Made by a program: the position numbers and the translations under genes. A stretch of DNA of 64,000 nt from a virus. The stretch is taken from the IMG/VR virus record IMGVR_UViG_3300032435_000001. The stretch is one strand, 5' to 3'. The stretch's first letter is position 1, and each line of letters opens with the position of its first letter. The notes under the pieces are model-generated. The model worked only from the letters and a program-made list of their open reading frames with translations. It did no database searches and was not told the DNA's origin. Of this stretch, positions 1-9,860 are shown in pieces.

Positions 1-44
1 GAGTGTTGGCTGAGGATGACGTTTTAGATGGTGGTGGTTATTAG
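1..44 (+). CDS. 3' end of an upstream structural/fibre-like gene (partial)
   Basis: Frame 3 reads VLAEDDVLDGGGY then TAG at 42-44. A DGGx(Y/F) C-terminus is common in phage fibre/structural proteins. Confidence 0.55.
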   Translation, partial: VLAEDDVLDGGGY

Positions 45-202
45 TGAATTAAATATAGGATAACCTTTATTTTATACATATAATTAATAATATAAATGAA
101 TAACGTAATATACCCTAATATTAGGGTTTTTTAAATCAATACCATATATATGGTTATAATTAACACGATTAATTATTTAGAAGAACATAACTCTAAATAA
201 TT

Positions 203-1069
203 ATGGGAAAGAGAAATAATATATTTTTATTAAAAAGGTCTAACACACCTAATAAGGTACCCATCGTTGGTGATTTATTATTGGGTGAGTTGGCTTTAAA
301 TACCGCTGATGCTATACTTTATACATCGGGCTCAACATCAAACACCATCCGACCAATAGGGTGGGATAGAATAAGTAGAAACGGTGATACGATGAATGGT
401 AATTTAACCGTAAATGGGTCAATTAGTGGGACAACTTATTATGGTGATGGTTCAAATTTAACTGGTGTAAACGCAACAGTATCCTTGATAAGAAAACAAT
501 TTGACTACTTGGGGGTACAATCTTTTACGTTAGACACAAACTATTCACAAGTATACTCGATTGAGGTAAATGGTGGTGGTTCATTAAAAACAGACCAATA
601 CACTCTTAATGGTACAAATGGGTTTACTATCTTAGATACTTTAGATGTTAATGATTACATTGTGGTGATATATTCCGCAAATGTTTTAGGTGTAGTTCCT
701 TATTATAGTCAAGCTCAAGTAGATGTGTTACTAGCAAACACACTTTTACCAATACCATACAGAAGTATAGTTAACCTTGGTAATGTTACGGGGGCGGTTA
801 GTATTAACTGGAATTTAGGAGTAAAACACAAACTTAATTTAACTGGTAATATTACAATAACTCAATTAAATTTTGCAGGTTACGAGGGTCAAAAAGTACA
901 AGAATTAGAAATTACAAGTTCAAGTCCTACACACACAATTACGTGGACTTCTGTAACACCTTCAGATTTTACGGACGCAATTAGTTTTGCAACTGCCTCA
1001 ACATTTAATAATGTATCAGTAAGACTGTTACGAGGTACTACATTTCAATCAAATAATATAGTAAGATAA
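203..1069 (+). CDS. Tail-fibre-like protein with an Mtd_N-like N-terminal motif
   Basis: N-terminal LKRSNTPNKVP..LLLGELALNTADAILY motif, GDTMNGNLTVNG and YYGDGSNLTG fibre motifs, beta-rich C-terminus. Confidence 0.6.
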   Translation: MGKRNNIFLLKRSNTPNKVPIVGDLLLGELALNTADAILYTSGSTSNTIRPIGWDRISRNGDTMNGNLTVNGSISGTTYYGDGSNLTGVNATVSLIRKQFDYLGVQSFTLDTNYSQVYSIEVNGGGSLKTDQYTLNGTNGFTILDTLDVNDYIVVIYSANVLGVVPYYSQAQVDVLLANTLLPIPYRSIVNLGNVTGAVSINWNLGVKHKLNLTGNITITQLNFAGYEGQKVQELEITSSSPTHTITWTSVTPSDFTDAISFATASTFNNVSVRLLRGTTFQSNNIVR

Positions 1070-1896
1070 TGGGAAGCTTCGGAAATAAAATGGTGGCGTT
1101 TAGTGGTAAAAAATTACTACTTGATACTTATGGGGGTGCAAGACTTGCCTACTCATTACGTAGTTTAAAAGGGACAACGGGGTCAGTTGTGCGAGTCCGT
1201 AGAAGTAGCGATAATGTAGAACAAGATTTTAATGAAAAAGAAATCACCAATGGCACTTTACTATCTTTTGTTGGAGGTGGTAATGGTTTTGTTACAATAT
1301 GGTACGACCAAAGTGGAAATGGTAAAAATGGTACACAAACACTAATAGATAGACAACCAAGAATTGTTAATAATGGTGTTTTGGTTCAAGATAATGGTCA
1401 ACCTGCATTATCATTTGATGGTGTTAACGACCATTTTGTAACTGACGAATCTTTTACACCCAACGGATATAGTTTTGTTGTTTATAATTGTGCTGTAGAC
1501 ACTTTTTTAATAGTATTAGGTTGTAGTGCTGCACCCTTTAGATATTTAATTAGAAGCCCTAATGGTGGTGGTGGACATATTTACCAATATTATGCAAATA
1601 CATTAACATTGAGAAACAGTAATGGTACTTCTTTAATTAATACTCAATACATTACTTATATTGAAAAAGACCACACATCAAATACAAATTTAATTAGAAG
1701 TAATAATGATAATTCAATTGTCACTAATGTAACAGCACCAAATGGTGGCGTTGGTAATATTAGAATTGGTATTGAAGGTCCATCCTCAGTTAGTTTTAAT
1801 GGTACGATGCAGGAAATTGTTATTTTTGGAGCGAGACAGAATTTAACATTAGACGCTATAATGAATAATCTTAATAATAAATACAACGCATTTTAA
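1069..1896 (+). CDS. Concanavalin A/LamG-like lectin-fold protein, putative receptor-binding
   Basis: AYSLR..VRVRRSSDN.EQDF, VTIWYDQSGNG, FDGVND and FNGTMQEIVIF motifs. The start overlaps the upstream stop (TAATG). Confidence 0.65.
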   Translation: MGSFGNKMVAFSGKKLLLDTYGGARLAYSLRSLKGTTGSVVRVRRSSDNVEQDFNEKEITNGTLLSFVGGGNGFVTIWYDQSGNGKNGTQTLIDRQPRIVNNGVLVQDNGQPALSFDGVNDHFVTDESFTPNGYSFVVYNCAVDTFLIVLGCSAAPFRYLIRSPNGGGGHIYQYYANTLTLRNSNGTSLINTQYITYIEKDHTSNTNLIRSNNDNSIVTNVTAPNGGVGNIRIGIEGPSSVSFNGTMQEIVIFGARQNLTLDAIMNNLNNKYNAF

Positions 1897-2376
1897 ATGA
1901 AGGCAATACAAATTAATAACGAGTGGCAAATATTTCAAACTTTACCAACTTCTTGGAATAATAAGATGCCTTATAACGCAATAGAGGAGGGTTTTAAGGA
2001 CGTTGTAAATCCAAGTGTAACCAACTTACAAAAATTAGGCTCGATGGTTTTTGACACTGAAAATGACGTTCTAACCTATACCATAATTGATAAAACAGAA
2101 GAAGAAATTTATAGTGAAACTTTGGCAAATGCTTCAACAGTTACAGCCATTCAATTCTTAACACAATTAGAATTAATCGGAATAACGCAAGACGCTATTT
2201 TGCAAATAATTGAAACATTAGAAGCTCCGAATAATACAATTGCTAAAATTAGCTTTTTAAGGGCCACATCATTTGATAGAGATAATCCACTTATGTATTT
2301 AGTTGGGTTAGCTTTTGGTAAGTCTGAGTTAGAATTGGATGGTATATTTATAAATGCAAAAAACTTAATGATATAA
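1897..2376 (+). CDS. Hypothetical, possible tail-fibre assembly chaperone
   Basis: Directly follows the fibre genes. The C-terminal ATSFDRDNPL...ELDGIFINA resembles fibre-associated chaperones. Confidence 0.4.
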   Translation: MKAIQINNEWQIFQTLPTSWNNKMPYNAIEEGFKDVVNPSVTNLQKLGSMVFDTENDVLTYTIIDKTEEEIYSETLANASTVTAIQFLTQLELIGITQDAILQIIETLEAPNNTIAKISFLRATSFDRDNPLMYLVGLAFGKSELELDGIFINAKNLMI

Positions 2377-2466
2377 TATAAAGTACATAATAGAATTTAC
2401 AAATATAGTAACACCAGTTAATCCGAAACACAGTTTTTACGGATATTAATAAAAACATAAATAAAA

Positions 2467-2982
2467 ATGGAAAGTAGACATAAAATACAAAAAGGTCAAT
2501 TAGAATTAAGTTCTAAACAAAATACATTAATAGCAGGTAATGGTATATCTATTATTAATAATACAATTAGTACAAGTGGTGGTGGTAACGCAACAGTTGA
2601 TAATTTCTATTACCAAATTTCAAATTCAGTTGATACTAGACCAGTGTTTTCAGATGCAAACGTAACTATTAATTGGGATGAAACAGGTAACGATATTGAA
2701 TTCGTAATGAAAGTGGACCCTGTTGGGTCTGGTGATATGCGAAGTATAGCTTATGTAGTTGGTGGGTCATCACGGTCATCACGGTCATCACAATCTACCT
2801 CAATTACTACACTTAACTTCATATACAAAATATTTGATTTTGGTGTGGCTGCTGGTGATAGAATGGAAGCATTTGTTTCCGCTGAGAATGACGTAAATTA
2901 CCCTGCTTATCATATTACTGTTTATAATACGGGGGAATCGTATTTAAACACTATTTGGATTCAAAGAATCAAAATAAATTAA
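2467..2982 (+). CDS. Hypothetical structural protein
   Basis: 171 aa ORF with a LIAGNGISIINNTIS fibre-like motif and an A-rich leader. Confidence 0.5.
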   Translation: MESRHKIQKGQLELSSKQNTLIAGNGISIINNTISTSGGGNATVDNFYYQISNSVDTRPVFSDANVTINWDETGNDIEFVMKVDPVGSGDMRSIAYVVGGSSRSSRSSQSTSITTLNFIYKIFDFGVAAGDRMEAFVSAENDVNYPAYHITVYNTGESYLNTIWIQRIKIN

Positions 2983-3041
2983 AATATTAAAACGGTGGTG
3001 AGTTATAATACATTACATATATTTAAAACAAAAAAAAAAAG

Positions 3042-3509
3042 ATGTTAGGTAGTAAAAGTGATTTTTTTCATTCAGATGAGGATATTTTAATTAAGACAAG
3101 GAATTTCATGATTTATTTTTTAAAAATGCATAAGACAAAAAAGGGTGTGATTAATTTATATCTTGAGGCTTACGAATATTTTATTTTAAATCCAAATGAG
3201 TTTGATGGTGCTACGTTATCGAAAGATATTAAGGTAATACCTAATTTAGACATATGGGCCATGTTACATGACTATTTATATATTAAATATAATATAGCGG
3301 TTAATTGGAAATTAAAGTATTATGGTGACGTTATATACGCTTTAGAGATGGAGAGACTTGGAATTTCATATGGTACTACTTGGGGTAGGTTCATTTTATT
3401 AGTGTTAAGTCAAATAATTTTCACACCATATCAATTATTAAAAGGTAAGAGAATGGATAGTGAGCAAAAAAGTGGGTTTATGAATATAATTAAAAAATTT
3501 AAAAATTAG
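3042..3509 (+). CDS. DUF1353-like protein
   Basis: FDGAT...AMLHDYLY motif followed by a hydrophobic C-terminal segment. Confidence 0.5.
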   Translation: MLGSKSDFFHSDEDILIKTRNFMIYFLKMHKTKKGVINLYLEAYEYFILNPNEFDGATLSKDIKVIPNLDIWAMLHDYLYIKYNIAVNWKLKYYGDVIYALEMERLGISYGTTWGRFILLVLSQIIFTPYQLLKGKRMDSEQKSGFMNIIKKFKN

Positions 3510-3514
3510 AAAGA

Positions 3515-3928
3515 ATGATAGTAATTAGAACAACTGAAAAAATTAATTGGGGAGGTCGTAATCCATTTATAAATAACGTTATTGAAATAGAGATGAGTGA
3601 AATCCTTAGGGATTCATCTTCAATAACATTTAACATCACTGATAGGGTGATTATCGACACACCTGTGGATAGTTTGATACCAAGTAGGGGTAGTTTAGTC
3701 ATTAATAATAAAAGAGTCATTATAACTGTTAGTGAGTACAACAACTTATTTCAATTAGCGGATGATTATATTAAAATTAATAACCCAGATTTAAGCATTT
3801 TTAATAGAGAAGCTTTAAGACCATCAATCGCACTTTTATTGTATTTCCAAAACGATAAAATTATGGATGAATCAAATAATGAGTTTTGTTTATATGGTAC
3901 CACACCTAATCAGTGGGAAGTTAAATAA
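3515..3928 (+). CDS. Hypothetical protein
   Basis: 137 aa ORF in operon context with normal amino-acid composition. Confidence 0.55.
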   Translation: MIVIRTTEKINWGGRNPFINNVIEIEMSEILRDSSSITFNITDRVIIDTPVDSLIPSRGSLVINNKRVIITVSEYNNLFQLADDYIKINNPDLSIFNREALRPSIALLLYFQNDKIMDESNNEFCLYGTTPNQWEVK

Positions 3929-4024
3929 TAAGGTTTGTTATAATTATCATAATTTAAAAATCTTATATTATCTCACATTTTAAAGATTAACGGACATTAT
4001 AAGATACTTTACTAAATAAATCTA

Positions 4025-4032
4025 TATTTATA
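4025..4032 (+). promoter_or_regulatory. Putative phage late-promoter core TATTTAT (representative site)
   Basis: The same core lies upstream of structural genes at 8352, 9855, 11462, 15500, 27024, 38202, 38671, 57055, and on the - strand at 62709-62716. Confidence 0.5.
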
Positions 4033-4078
4033 ATTAAATAACTAAATATAATACAAGTAAAAAAAATTAAGTAAATAG

Positions 4079-6868
4079 ATGGCACAAAATAGAGTATTCG
4101 TAAGTCCAGGTGTATACACATCCGAAAAAGATTTAACATTTGTAACTCGTCAAGTTGGGGTAACAACACTTGGTTTAGTTGGTGAAACCACTAAAGGTCC
4201 AGCTTTCCAACCAATATTTTTATCAGATTATGGTGAATTCACGTCATTTTTTGGTGCTTTGGACGCTAGGAAAGTAAAGGAAACTGGTAATGCACAATAT
4301 GAATTACCTTATGTTGCTAAATCTTTTTTATCTAAATCAAACCAATTATATGTTACCAGAGTGTTAGGTTTTTCTGGTTATAACGCTGGTAAATCATGGG
4401 GTATAACATTGGACGCTTCATTAGACCCAAGTACTATTGTTTTGGGTGCAAGTGATGTTCCATTTACATTGGGTTTCACTGGTTCATTTAGTGCTAACAC
4501 AATATCATTAATTTCTAGTGATTCTAACGTTCAAAACATTATTGATTCTGGTTTAATTAATACATCATTAGTTACCTTATTAGGTTCTAATGTTGGTGAT
4601 GAATTAGAAATATCACAAACTTTCTTAAAGGGGGTTGGTAATATTTTTAATGGTTCAGAATTCTCATTAGGAGTAACAGCAGTTGGTATTGTTGGTGATG
4701 ATGTAAGTGGTACAACATCTGGTTTAACAACAAATTACTCAGCAACTGGTTATGCTGATGTGGAGAATAAGGTTGTTGCTTTATTGAGAAGTAGAGCTAG
4801 ATATAATGGTGATGAAGAATTAAAATTTGAAATTACAAATCAAAGTGATTTATTGATAAATACTTCGATTACCCAAGCTGAAAATAACCCTTTGGGTAAT
4901 TTAGTGTTAAGTGGTACATCCATTTTAAATGGTTTTACATCTAAGGGAGATTTCAATTATGAAATTTCATTTGATAAGACAAAAAGAAATTACATTACAA
5001 GGGTATTAAGTAAGGAAGTTAAAGATGGTAATACACCTATTTTTGTTGAGGAGATATTTGAAAACATGTTTAGTGATTTAGTTAACGCTGATAAAGTTAA
5101 AGGTATTAAATTAGCTTTAGTTGATTATGAAACTGATTTTGTTAATTATAAAACGGAGTTCTCACCAGCTATAACACCTTATATTTTATCTGAAGTTAGA
5201 GGTAATAAGATATTTAAATTATTTAGATTTATAACAATTTCAGATGGTAATACAGCTAATCAAGAGATTAAAATATCTATTAGTAATATTAAGCCAGACG
5301 ATAAAGAATTTGATGTATTAATTAGAAGCTTTTTCGACACTGACGCAAATCCAATTATATTAGAGAGATTCTCAAAATGTACTATGGACCCTAATAGACC
5401 TAATTTTATAGCTAGGAAAATTGGTACGACTGATGGTTATTACCAATCAAGGTCTAAATTCTTATTGGTTGAAATGAATGAGGATGATGATATTAGAGAT
5501 ACATTCCCAGCTGGTTTTGATGGTGTTTTAACTAGAGATTATGGTACTGCATTAGCTCCAAATATAGAGTATAAAAAAGCTTATACAAACGTTGAGAATA
5601 AACGTAAGGCCTTTTTAGGATTATCTAACATTGTTGGGATTGACCAAGATTTTTTAAACTATAAAGGTGTTGATTCTAATGGCGTTGCTTTTCCTAATAA
5701 AACTAGCGCATTCCATTTAGACTCAAACGCTGTAAACGTTTTAGCTATTGATAATGAAGCGACAACATTTGAGGTTGGTGAGGCACCTTTTCAAAATGAG
5801 GCTGGTCTTGGTGGTACTGTTTATGAAAAACTATATACTCGTAAATTTACATTTGCACCATATGGTGGTTTTGATGGATGGGATATTTATAGAACAAGAA
5901 GAACTAACTTAGATTTATTCTCTAAAAACGCATCTGGTAAAGCTTTAAAAGGTATAAACCAAGGTAATTTTATTTTGAAAAGTTTAAGTAGTGGTGAGAT
6001 TGGAAATACTTCTGATTATTACGCATACTTAGAAGCTATTAGAACATTTGCTAACCCTGAATCTACGAATATTAATATATTTGCAACACCAGGTATTGAC
6101 ATATCCGACAATCGTAATTTAATTGAAGAAACAATTGAAATGATTGAAAGAGAAAGAGCTGATTCATTGTACATTGTAACAACACCTGATTTTGAAGGTA
6201 TGACAGCTGATGAAGCGGTTGACTTAATAGAAGATAGTGGTATTGATAGTAATTACTCTGCAACATATTGGCCATGGGTACAAGTAAATGACTCTGAGAA
6301 TAACGTTCTTATTTATTTACCACCAACTATTGATGTTGTTAAAAATATAGCTATAACTGATAATATTTCATTCCCTTGGTTTGCAGTTGCTGGAATTCAG
6401 AGAGGTGATATGGATGTTGTTAAGGCTAGAAAAAAATTAACTTTAGGTGAAAGAGACGTTCTTTATGAAGGTAGAATTAACCCAATCGCAACATTCTCTT
6501 CTGAAGGTGTTAAAATATGGGGTAATAAAACACTTCAAGTTAAAGATACAGCGTTAAACAGAATTAATGTTAGAAGACTTTTATTACAAGCTAGAAAATT
6601 AATATCAGCTGTTTCTATTAGATTATTGTTTGAACAAAATGATGATATTATTAGGAACCAATTCTTAAGCCTTGTTAACCCAATATTGGATAATATACGT
6701 TCTGAGAGAGGTTTAACCGACTTTAGAGTTGAAGTGGATAGAAGTCCTGAATCGATTGATAGAAACGAGTTAAACGGTAAAATATTCATAAAACCAACTA
6801 GAAGTTTAGAATTTATCTCAGTTGAGTTTAACATTATGAATACTGGTGCTAGTTTTGATGATGTTTAA
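4079..6868 (+). CDS. Contractile tail sheath protein (gp18-like)
   Basis: SPGVYTSEKDL, GETTKGPAFQP, YWPWV, PWFAVAGIQRG, IWGNKTLQ..ALNRINVRRL and IKPTRSLEFI sheath motifs. Confidence 0.95.
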   Translation: MAQNRVFVSPGVYTSEKDLTFVTRQVGVTTLGLVGETTKGPAFQPIFLSDYGEFTSFFGALDARKVKETGNAQYELPYVAKSFLSKSNQLYVTRVLGFSGYNAGKSWGITLDASLDPSTIVLGASDVPFTLGFTGSFSANTISLISSDSNVQNIIDSGLINTSLVTLLGSNVGDELEISQTFLKGVGNIFNGSEFSLGVTAVGIVGDDVSGTTSGLTTNYSATGYADVENKVVALLRSRARYNGDEELKFEITNQSDLLINTSITQAENNPLGNLVLSGTSILNGFTSKGDFNYEISFDKTKRNYITRVLSKEVKDGNTPIFVEEIFENMFSDLVNADKVKGIKLALVDYETDFVNYKTEFSPAITPYILSEVRGNKIFKLFRFITISDGNTANQEIKISISNIKPDDKEFDVLIRSFFDTDANPIILERFSKCTMDPNRPNFIARKIGTTDGYYQSRSKFLLVEMNEDDDIRDTFPAGFDGVLTRDYGTALAPNIEYKKAYTNVENKRKAFLGLSNIVGIDQDFLNYKGVDSNGVAFPNKTSAFHLDSNAVNVLAIDNEATTFEVGEAPFQNEAGLGGTVYEKLYTRKFTFAPYGGFDGWDIYRTRRTNLDLFSKNASGKALKGINQGNFILKSLSSGEIGNTSDYYAYLEAIRTFANPESTNINIFATPGIDISDNRNLIEETIEMIERERADSLYIVTTPDFEGMTADEAVDLIEDSGIDSNYSATYWPWVQVNDSENNVLIYLPPTIDVVKNIAITDNISFPWFAVAGIQRGDMDVVKARKKLTLGERDVLYEGRINPIATFSSEGVKIWGNKTLQVKDTALNRINVRRLLLQARKLISAVSIRLLFEQNDDIIRNQFLSLVNPILDNIRSERGLTDFRVEVDRSPESIDRNELNGKIFIKPTRSLEFISVEFNIMNTGASFDDV

Positions 6869-6886
6869 TCTAAAATACATTATATT

Positions 6887-6916
6887 AAAAAACCCTCTAT
6901 TAATAGAGGGTTTTTT
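6887..6916. terminator. Bidirectional intrinsic terminator (perfect 30-bp palindrome)
   Basis: AAAAAACCCTCTATT|AATAGAGGGTTTTTT between the convergent sheath and endonuclease genes. Confidence 0.8.
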
Positions 6917-8333
6917 TATATAACATAGTACCACAATCATAAATTCGATATAATTTTCGTTCTAACATAATTTCATGTTCAGTTTTATTAACATCAAAAC
7001 CCTCTTTTAATAACTCACTTTTTCTAAATTTAAATCTATTCACTCTATTACCCTTAAAAACATAAAAATAATTTGGTTTACTATTATGAATGAAATTAAA
7101 ACCTAAAGTATCATATAAACTACCTTGACTCCAACGTCTATCAGCATAACTAATAATATCAATAGGTCGGTTGTTTAATGTAAAATTTTTAAATAACTTT
7201 GAAGCACCACCAATAACACTCGTATTTATTTTATTACAAAACCTAATTAACTCATAATTACCATTTTTAGGTTTTGAACCTAAACTACGTCTTAAATCAC
7301 CAAAAGTCATTAAAGACACTAACTCATTATTATAATATAACCCTAAATTAATCTTAGAACCCACAGCACCTTGGATGTGATTATCGTTTAAGAATTTAGT
7401 TTTTTCCTTAACTAAAACATTTTTAACCTCACATTTCCTAGCATATATCCTATTTTCATTTAAACCTAACATATTACTAATTCTACTTTTAACAATATCT
7501 TTTTTATTAACCCACTCATCCTCAAAAATATGTATCAATTTAATACCATTTTCCAAACATTTATTAGTTTTATTTAAATGATATTTATTATCCTTAAACA
7601 ATTCAGAATGCCAATATAAACCATTATACTCAATGGTAATATTATGTGATGGAATATAAATATCTAATTCAAATGGTTTTATAATACTTTTATCATTACT
7701 AATAAAATTAACACCTAAAGATTTAATGAAGTCCTTAACTTCCGTTTCACTTTTATCATATTTTAAACCACATTTAGGACAACCTTTACCATTTAAATGG
7801 TCGTTTGGGGTTTGTGAATAAGTACCATGTTCCTCACAAATTATATCAACTTTTATTTTAGATGATGTGTAATTAGTTAATGAGTAATCATATTTATTAG
7901 AATGAGTTAATTCTGATTTCTCATAAAATTGTAAATTAGTTAAATTTCTTTTATCATTATAACATTTAGGGCAATTTTGTTTATAGTGATTATTAGGTAA
8001 AGTATGGTAAGGACCATGTGTTTTACAAATAACAATTAGTTTTGTTTTAGCATCAACATATTTTGTTAAAGAATAATCATATTTATCCCCATGAATACCA
8101 ATTGATTTATTAATAAAAAATTCAGTATCAACTTTAGGATTTTTAGAACAATGTATACAAGCCTTTTTACCCCTTAAATGCTCAGAAGGTGATTGTGAAA
8201 ACTCAAAATTATGTTTAATACATTTAATATTTATCTTATCAACACTGTTACTATACACAGTATTATCATAATTAAAATCTTTATCTAAACCCTTATTTTC
8301 ACATTTACTCAAAAATTTTATTAATTTACTCAT
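6900..8333 (-). CDS. Hef-like free-standing homing endonuclease: three Zn-finger-like repeats, a Vsr/DUF559-like nuclease and a GNAT/Mom-like C-terminal domain
   Basis: Three (K)YDYS..Y....K..I.C..H......P..H....CxxC repeats. ELDIYIP...IEYNGLYWH...IHIFEDEW nuclease. IYARKC...ELIRFC...ISYADRRWSQGSLY C-domain. Confidence 0.75.
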   Translation of the reverse strand: MSKLIKFLSKCENKGLDKDFNYDNTVYSNSVDKINIKCIKHNFEFSQSPSEHLRGKKACIHCSKNPKVDTEFFINKSIGIHGDKYDYSLTKYVDAKTKLIVICKTHGPYHTLPNNHYKQNCPKCYNDKRNLTNLQFYEKSELTHSNKYDYSLTNYTSSKIKVDIICEEHGTYSQTPNDHLNGKGCPKCGLKYDKSETEVKDFIKSLGVNFISNDKSIIKPFELDIYIPSHNITIEYNGLYWHSELFKDNKYHLNKTNKCLENGIKLIHIFEDEWVNKKDIVKSRISNMLGLNENRIYARKCEVKNVLVKEKTKFLNDNHIQGAVGSKINLGLYYNNELVSLMTFGDLRRSLGSKPKNGNYELIRFCNKINTSVIGGASKLFKNFTLNNRPIDIISYADRRWSQGSLYDTLGFNFIHNSKPNYFYVFKGNRVNRFKFRKSELLKEGFDVNKTEHEIMLERKLYRIYDCGTMLYKKTLY

Positions 8334-8372
8334 TTTTTTTGATTATTGATGTATTTATATGTAAGTACGACA

Positions 8373-8380
8373 CAAAGATA
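8373..8380 (-). promoter_or_regulatory. Bacteroidota-type -7 promoter element (TATCTTTG) for the endonuclease gene
   Basis: Matches the TAnnTTTG consensus about 40 nt upstream of the ATG at 8333. Confidence 0.6.
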
Positions 8381-8419
8381 CTAAAAATAAATATAATAAA
8401 AAGAAAAACAATAAAAATT

Positions 8420-8908
8420 ATGGCTGATTTATTAATGAAAATGCCCGTACCTTACGAACCTAAAAGGAAGAATAGATGGCTTTTTAGATTTCCGTCCGAT
8501 TTGGGTATTCAAGAGTGGTGGTTACAAAGTGCTGCTAGACCTACAATTACGCAAAACGAGGTTGAGATACCATTTTTAAACACTTCAACTTGGGTTATTG
8601 GTAGATTCACATGGGAAGCGATTGACGTTACCTTTAGGGATGCAATTGGACCCTCAACGGCTCAAGCTATTATGGAGTGGGTGCGTTTACATTCTGAATC
8701 AGTTACAGGTCGTCAAGGTTATGCCGCTGGTTATAAGAAAGACATTGAGATAGAGATGTTGGACCCGACTGGTGTTGTTGTTGAAAAGTGGGTTTTACAA
8801 GGTACTATGATTGTAAGTGCTAATTTTGGTGATTTATCAATGGATGATGATGGGATTGCTGATGTTACAACCAATTTAAGATTTGATAGAGCTATTTTAG
8901 TATTCTAA
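8420..8908 (+). CDS. Tail tube protein (gp19-like)
   Basis: YEPKRKNRW, GRFTWEAIDVTFRD, YKKDIEIEMLDPTGVVVEKWVLQG and LRFDRA. The likely start is ATG 8420 (MADLLMK), not 8339. Confidence 0.92.
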   Translation: MADLLMKMPVPYEPKRKNRWLFRFPSDLGIQEWWLQSAARPTITQNEVEIPFLNTSTWVIGRFTWEAIDVTFRDAIGPSTAQAIMEWVRLHSESVTGRQGYAAGYKKDIEIEMLDPTGVVVEKWVLQGTMIVSANFGDLSMDDDGIADVTTNLRFDRAILVF

Positions 8909-8910
8909 TA

Positions 8911-8947
8911 TACTTTACTAAATAATAGTATACTTTACTAAATAATA
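8911..8947 (+). repeat. Direct repeat TACTTTACTAAATAATA x2 (20-bp period)
   Basis: Copies at 8911 and 8931. The 15-mer core also occurs at 4005-4019. Confidence 0.7.
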
Positions 8948-8952
8948 ATATT

Positions 8953-8980
8953 AAAAAAGAGGTCATTTGACCTCTTTTTT
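8953..8980. terminator. Bidirectional intrinsic terminator
   Basis: AAAAAAGAGGTCA-TT-TGACCTCTTTTTT between convergent genes. Confidence 0.85.
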
Positions 8981-8983
8981 TTG

Positions 8984-9739
8984 CTACATTAAGTAGTCTT
9001 CATAACTATCATAACTATCATAATCCCTAACCTCATAAAACTCACCTATATCAAGACATACGTGTTCACATTCATCTATCTTCATATAGTTGCTAGTATG
9101 GTAGTGTCCATAGAAGTGTTTTTTAATTTTATTATTAAGTTTTAACAATTCAAATAATCTAGTAACCTCAAAACGTTCATCTACTAAATCTTTTGGTAGT
9201 GTAGGGTCGTAAGGGATAAACATTTTAACGTTTGATGCCCAACAATCTATTTCATTAATCATATGTTTATCAACATATGGTGTTGTGAAATTTGTTGTTG
9301 TATGTGTTACTAATATATCAACATCCTTTATTTGGTTAATCTTATCTAAATCAACTTTAAAACCTTCATCTTCCCAAAATTTAAAATTATCACCTCTATT
9401 AATTTCTCTATCAATACTTACAGCACCACCAACACCTAATATTTTTTTATTTTCAATATCTAACACTGTATAATCTTCTTCTAACTTAAGGTTGTTATAA
9501 ATATGGTTACCCTTGAAGTAATGAGGGTTATCATGGTTACCTCTAAAAACGTGTAGTGTGTTATTACCTAACTTTAAAGAATCGTTTAAATTATTAAATC
9601 TTTTTATTTCATTCTCATCTCTAGTAGCACCAGCACCAAAATCACCAACATGTATTAATGTTTGGTTTACCAATTTTTTCACTTTAATAACATATTCAAT
9701 ATAAGAATGGTTACCATGGGTATCACCAATAAAAATCAT
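8984..9739 (-). CDS. Calcineurin-like metallophosphoesterase
   Basis: GDTHG, GDFG, GNHD, THT and GHYH metal-binding motifs in the expected order. Confidence 0.92.
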   Translation of the reverse strand: MIFIGDTHGNHSYIEYVIKVKKLVNQTLIHVGDFGAGATRDENEIKRFNNLNDSLKLGNNTLHVFRGNHDNPHYFKGNHIYNNLKLEEDYTVLDIENKKILGVGGAVSIDREINRGDNFKFWEDEGFKVDLDKINQIKDVDILVTHTTTNFTTPYVDKHMINEIDCWASNVKMFIPYDPTLPKDLVDERFEVTRLFELLKLNNKIKKHFYGHYHTSNYMKIDECEHVCLDIGEFYEVRDYDSYDSYEDYLM

Positions 9740-9756
9740 AATTTTATATTTAGAAA

Positions 9757-9764
9757 CAAATATA
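9757..9764 (-). promoter_or_regulatory. Bacteroidota-type -7 element TATATTTG
   Basis: 17 nt upstream of the phosphoesterase ATG. Confidence 0.6.
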
Positions 9765-9784
9765 CTATTTTTTTTTATAAAAAC

Positions 9785-9860
9785 ATAATATTAATTAAAA
9801 AACTTTACATATATTATTTAATAAATAATATTAATTAAAAAACTTTACATATATTATTTA
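9785..9860 (+). repeat. 36-bp exact direct repeat with a 40-bp period in a divergent intergenic region
   Basis: ATAATATTAATTAAAAAACTTTACATATATTATTTA at 9785-9820 and 9825-9860. Confidence 0.85.

Noticed and set aside
203-1896. Diversity-generating retroelement suggested by the Mtd_N-like motif
   Set aside because: I saw no reverse transcriptase and no template/variable repeat pair in the window. The motif is common in fibre proteins.
9785-9860. Mini-CRISPR or attachment site
   Set aside because: Only two AT-rich copies separated by 4 bp, and no cas or integrase gene in the window.
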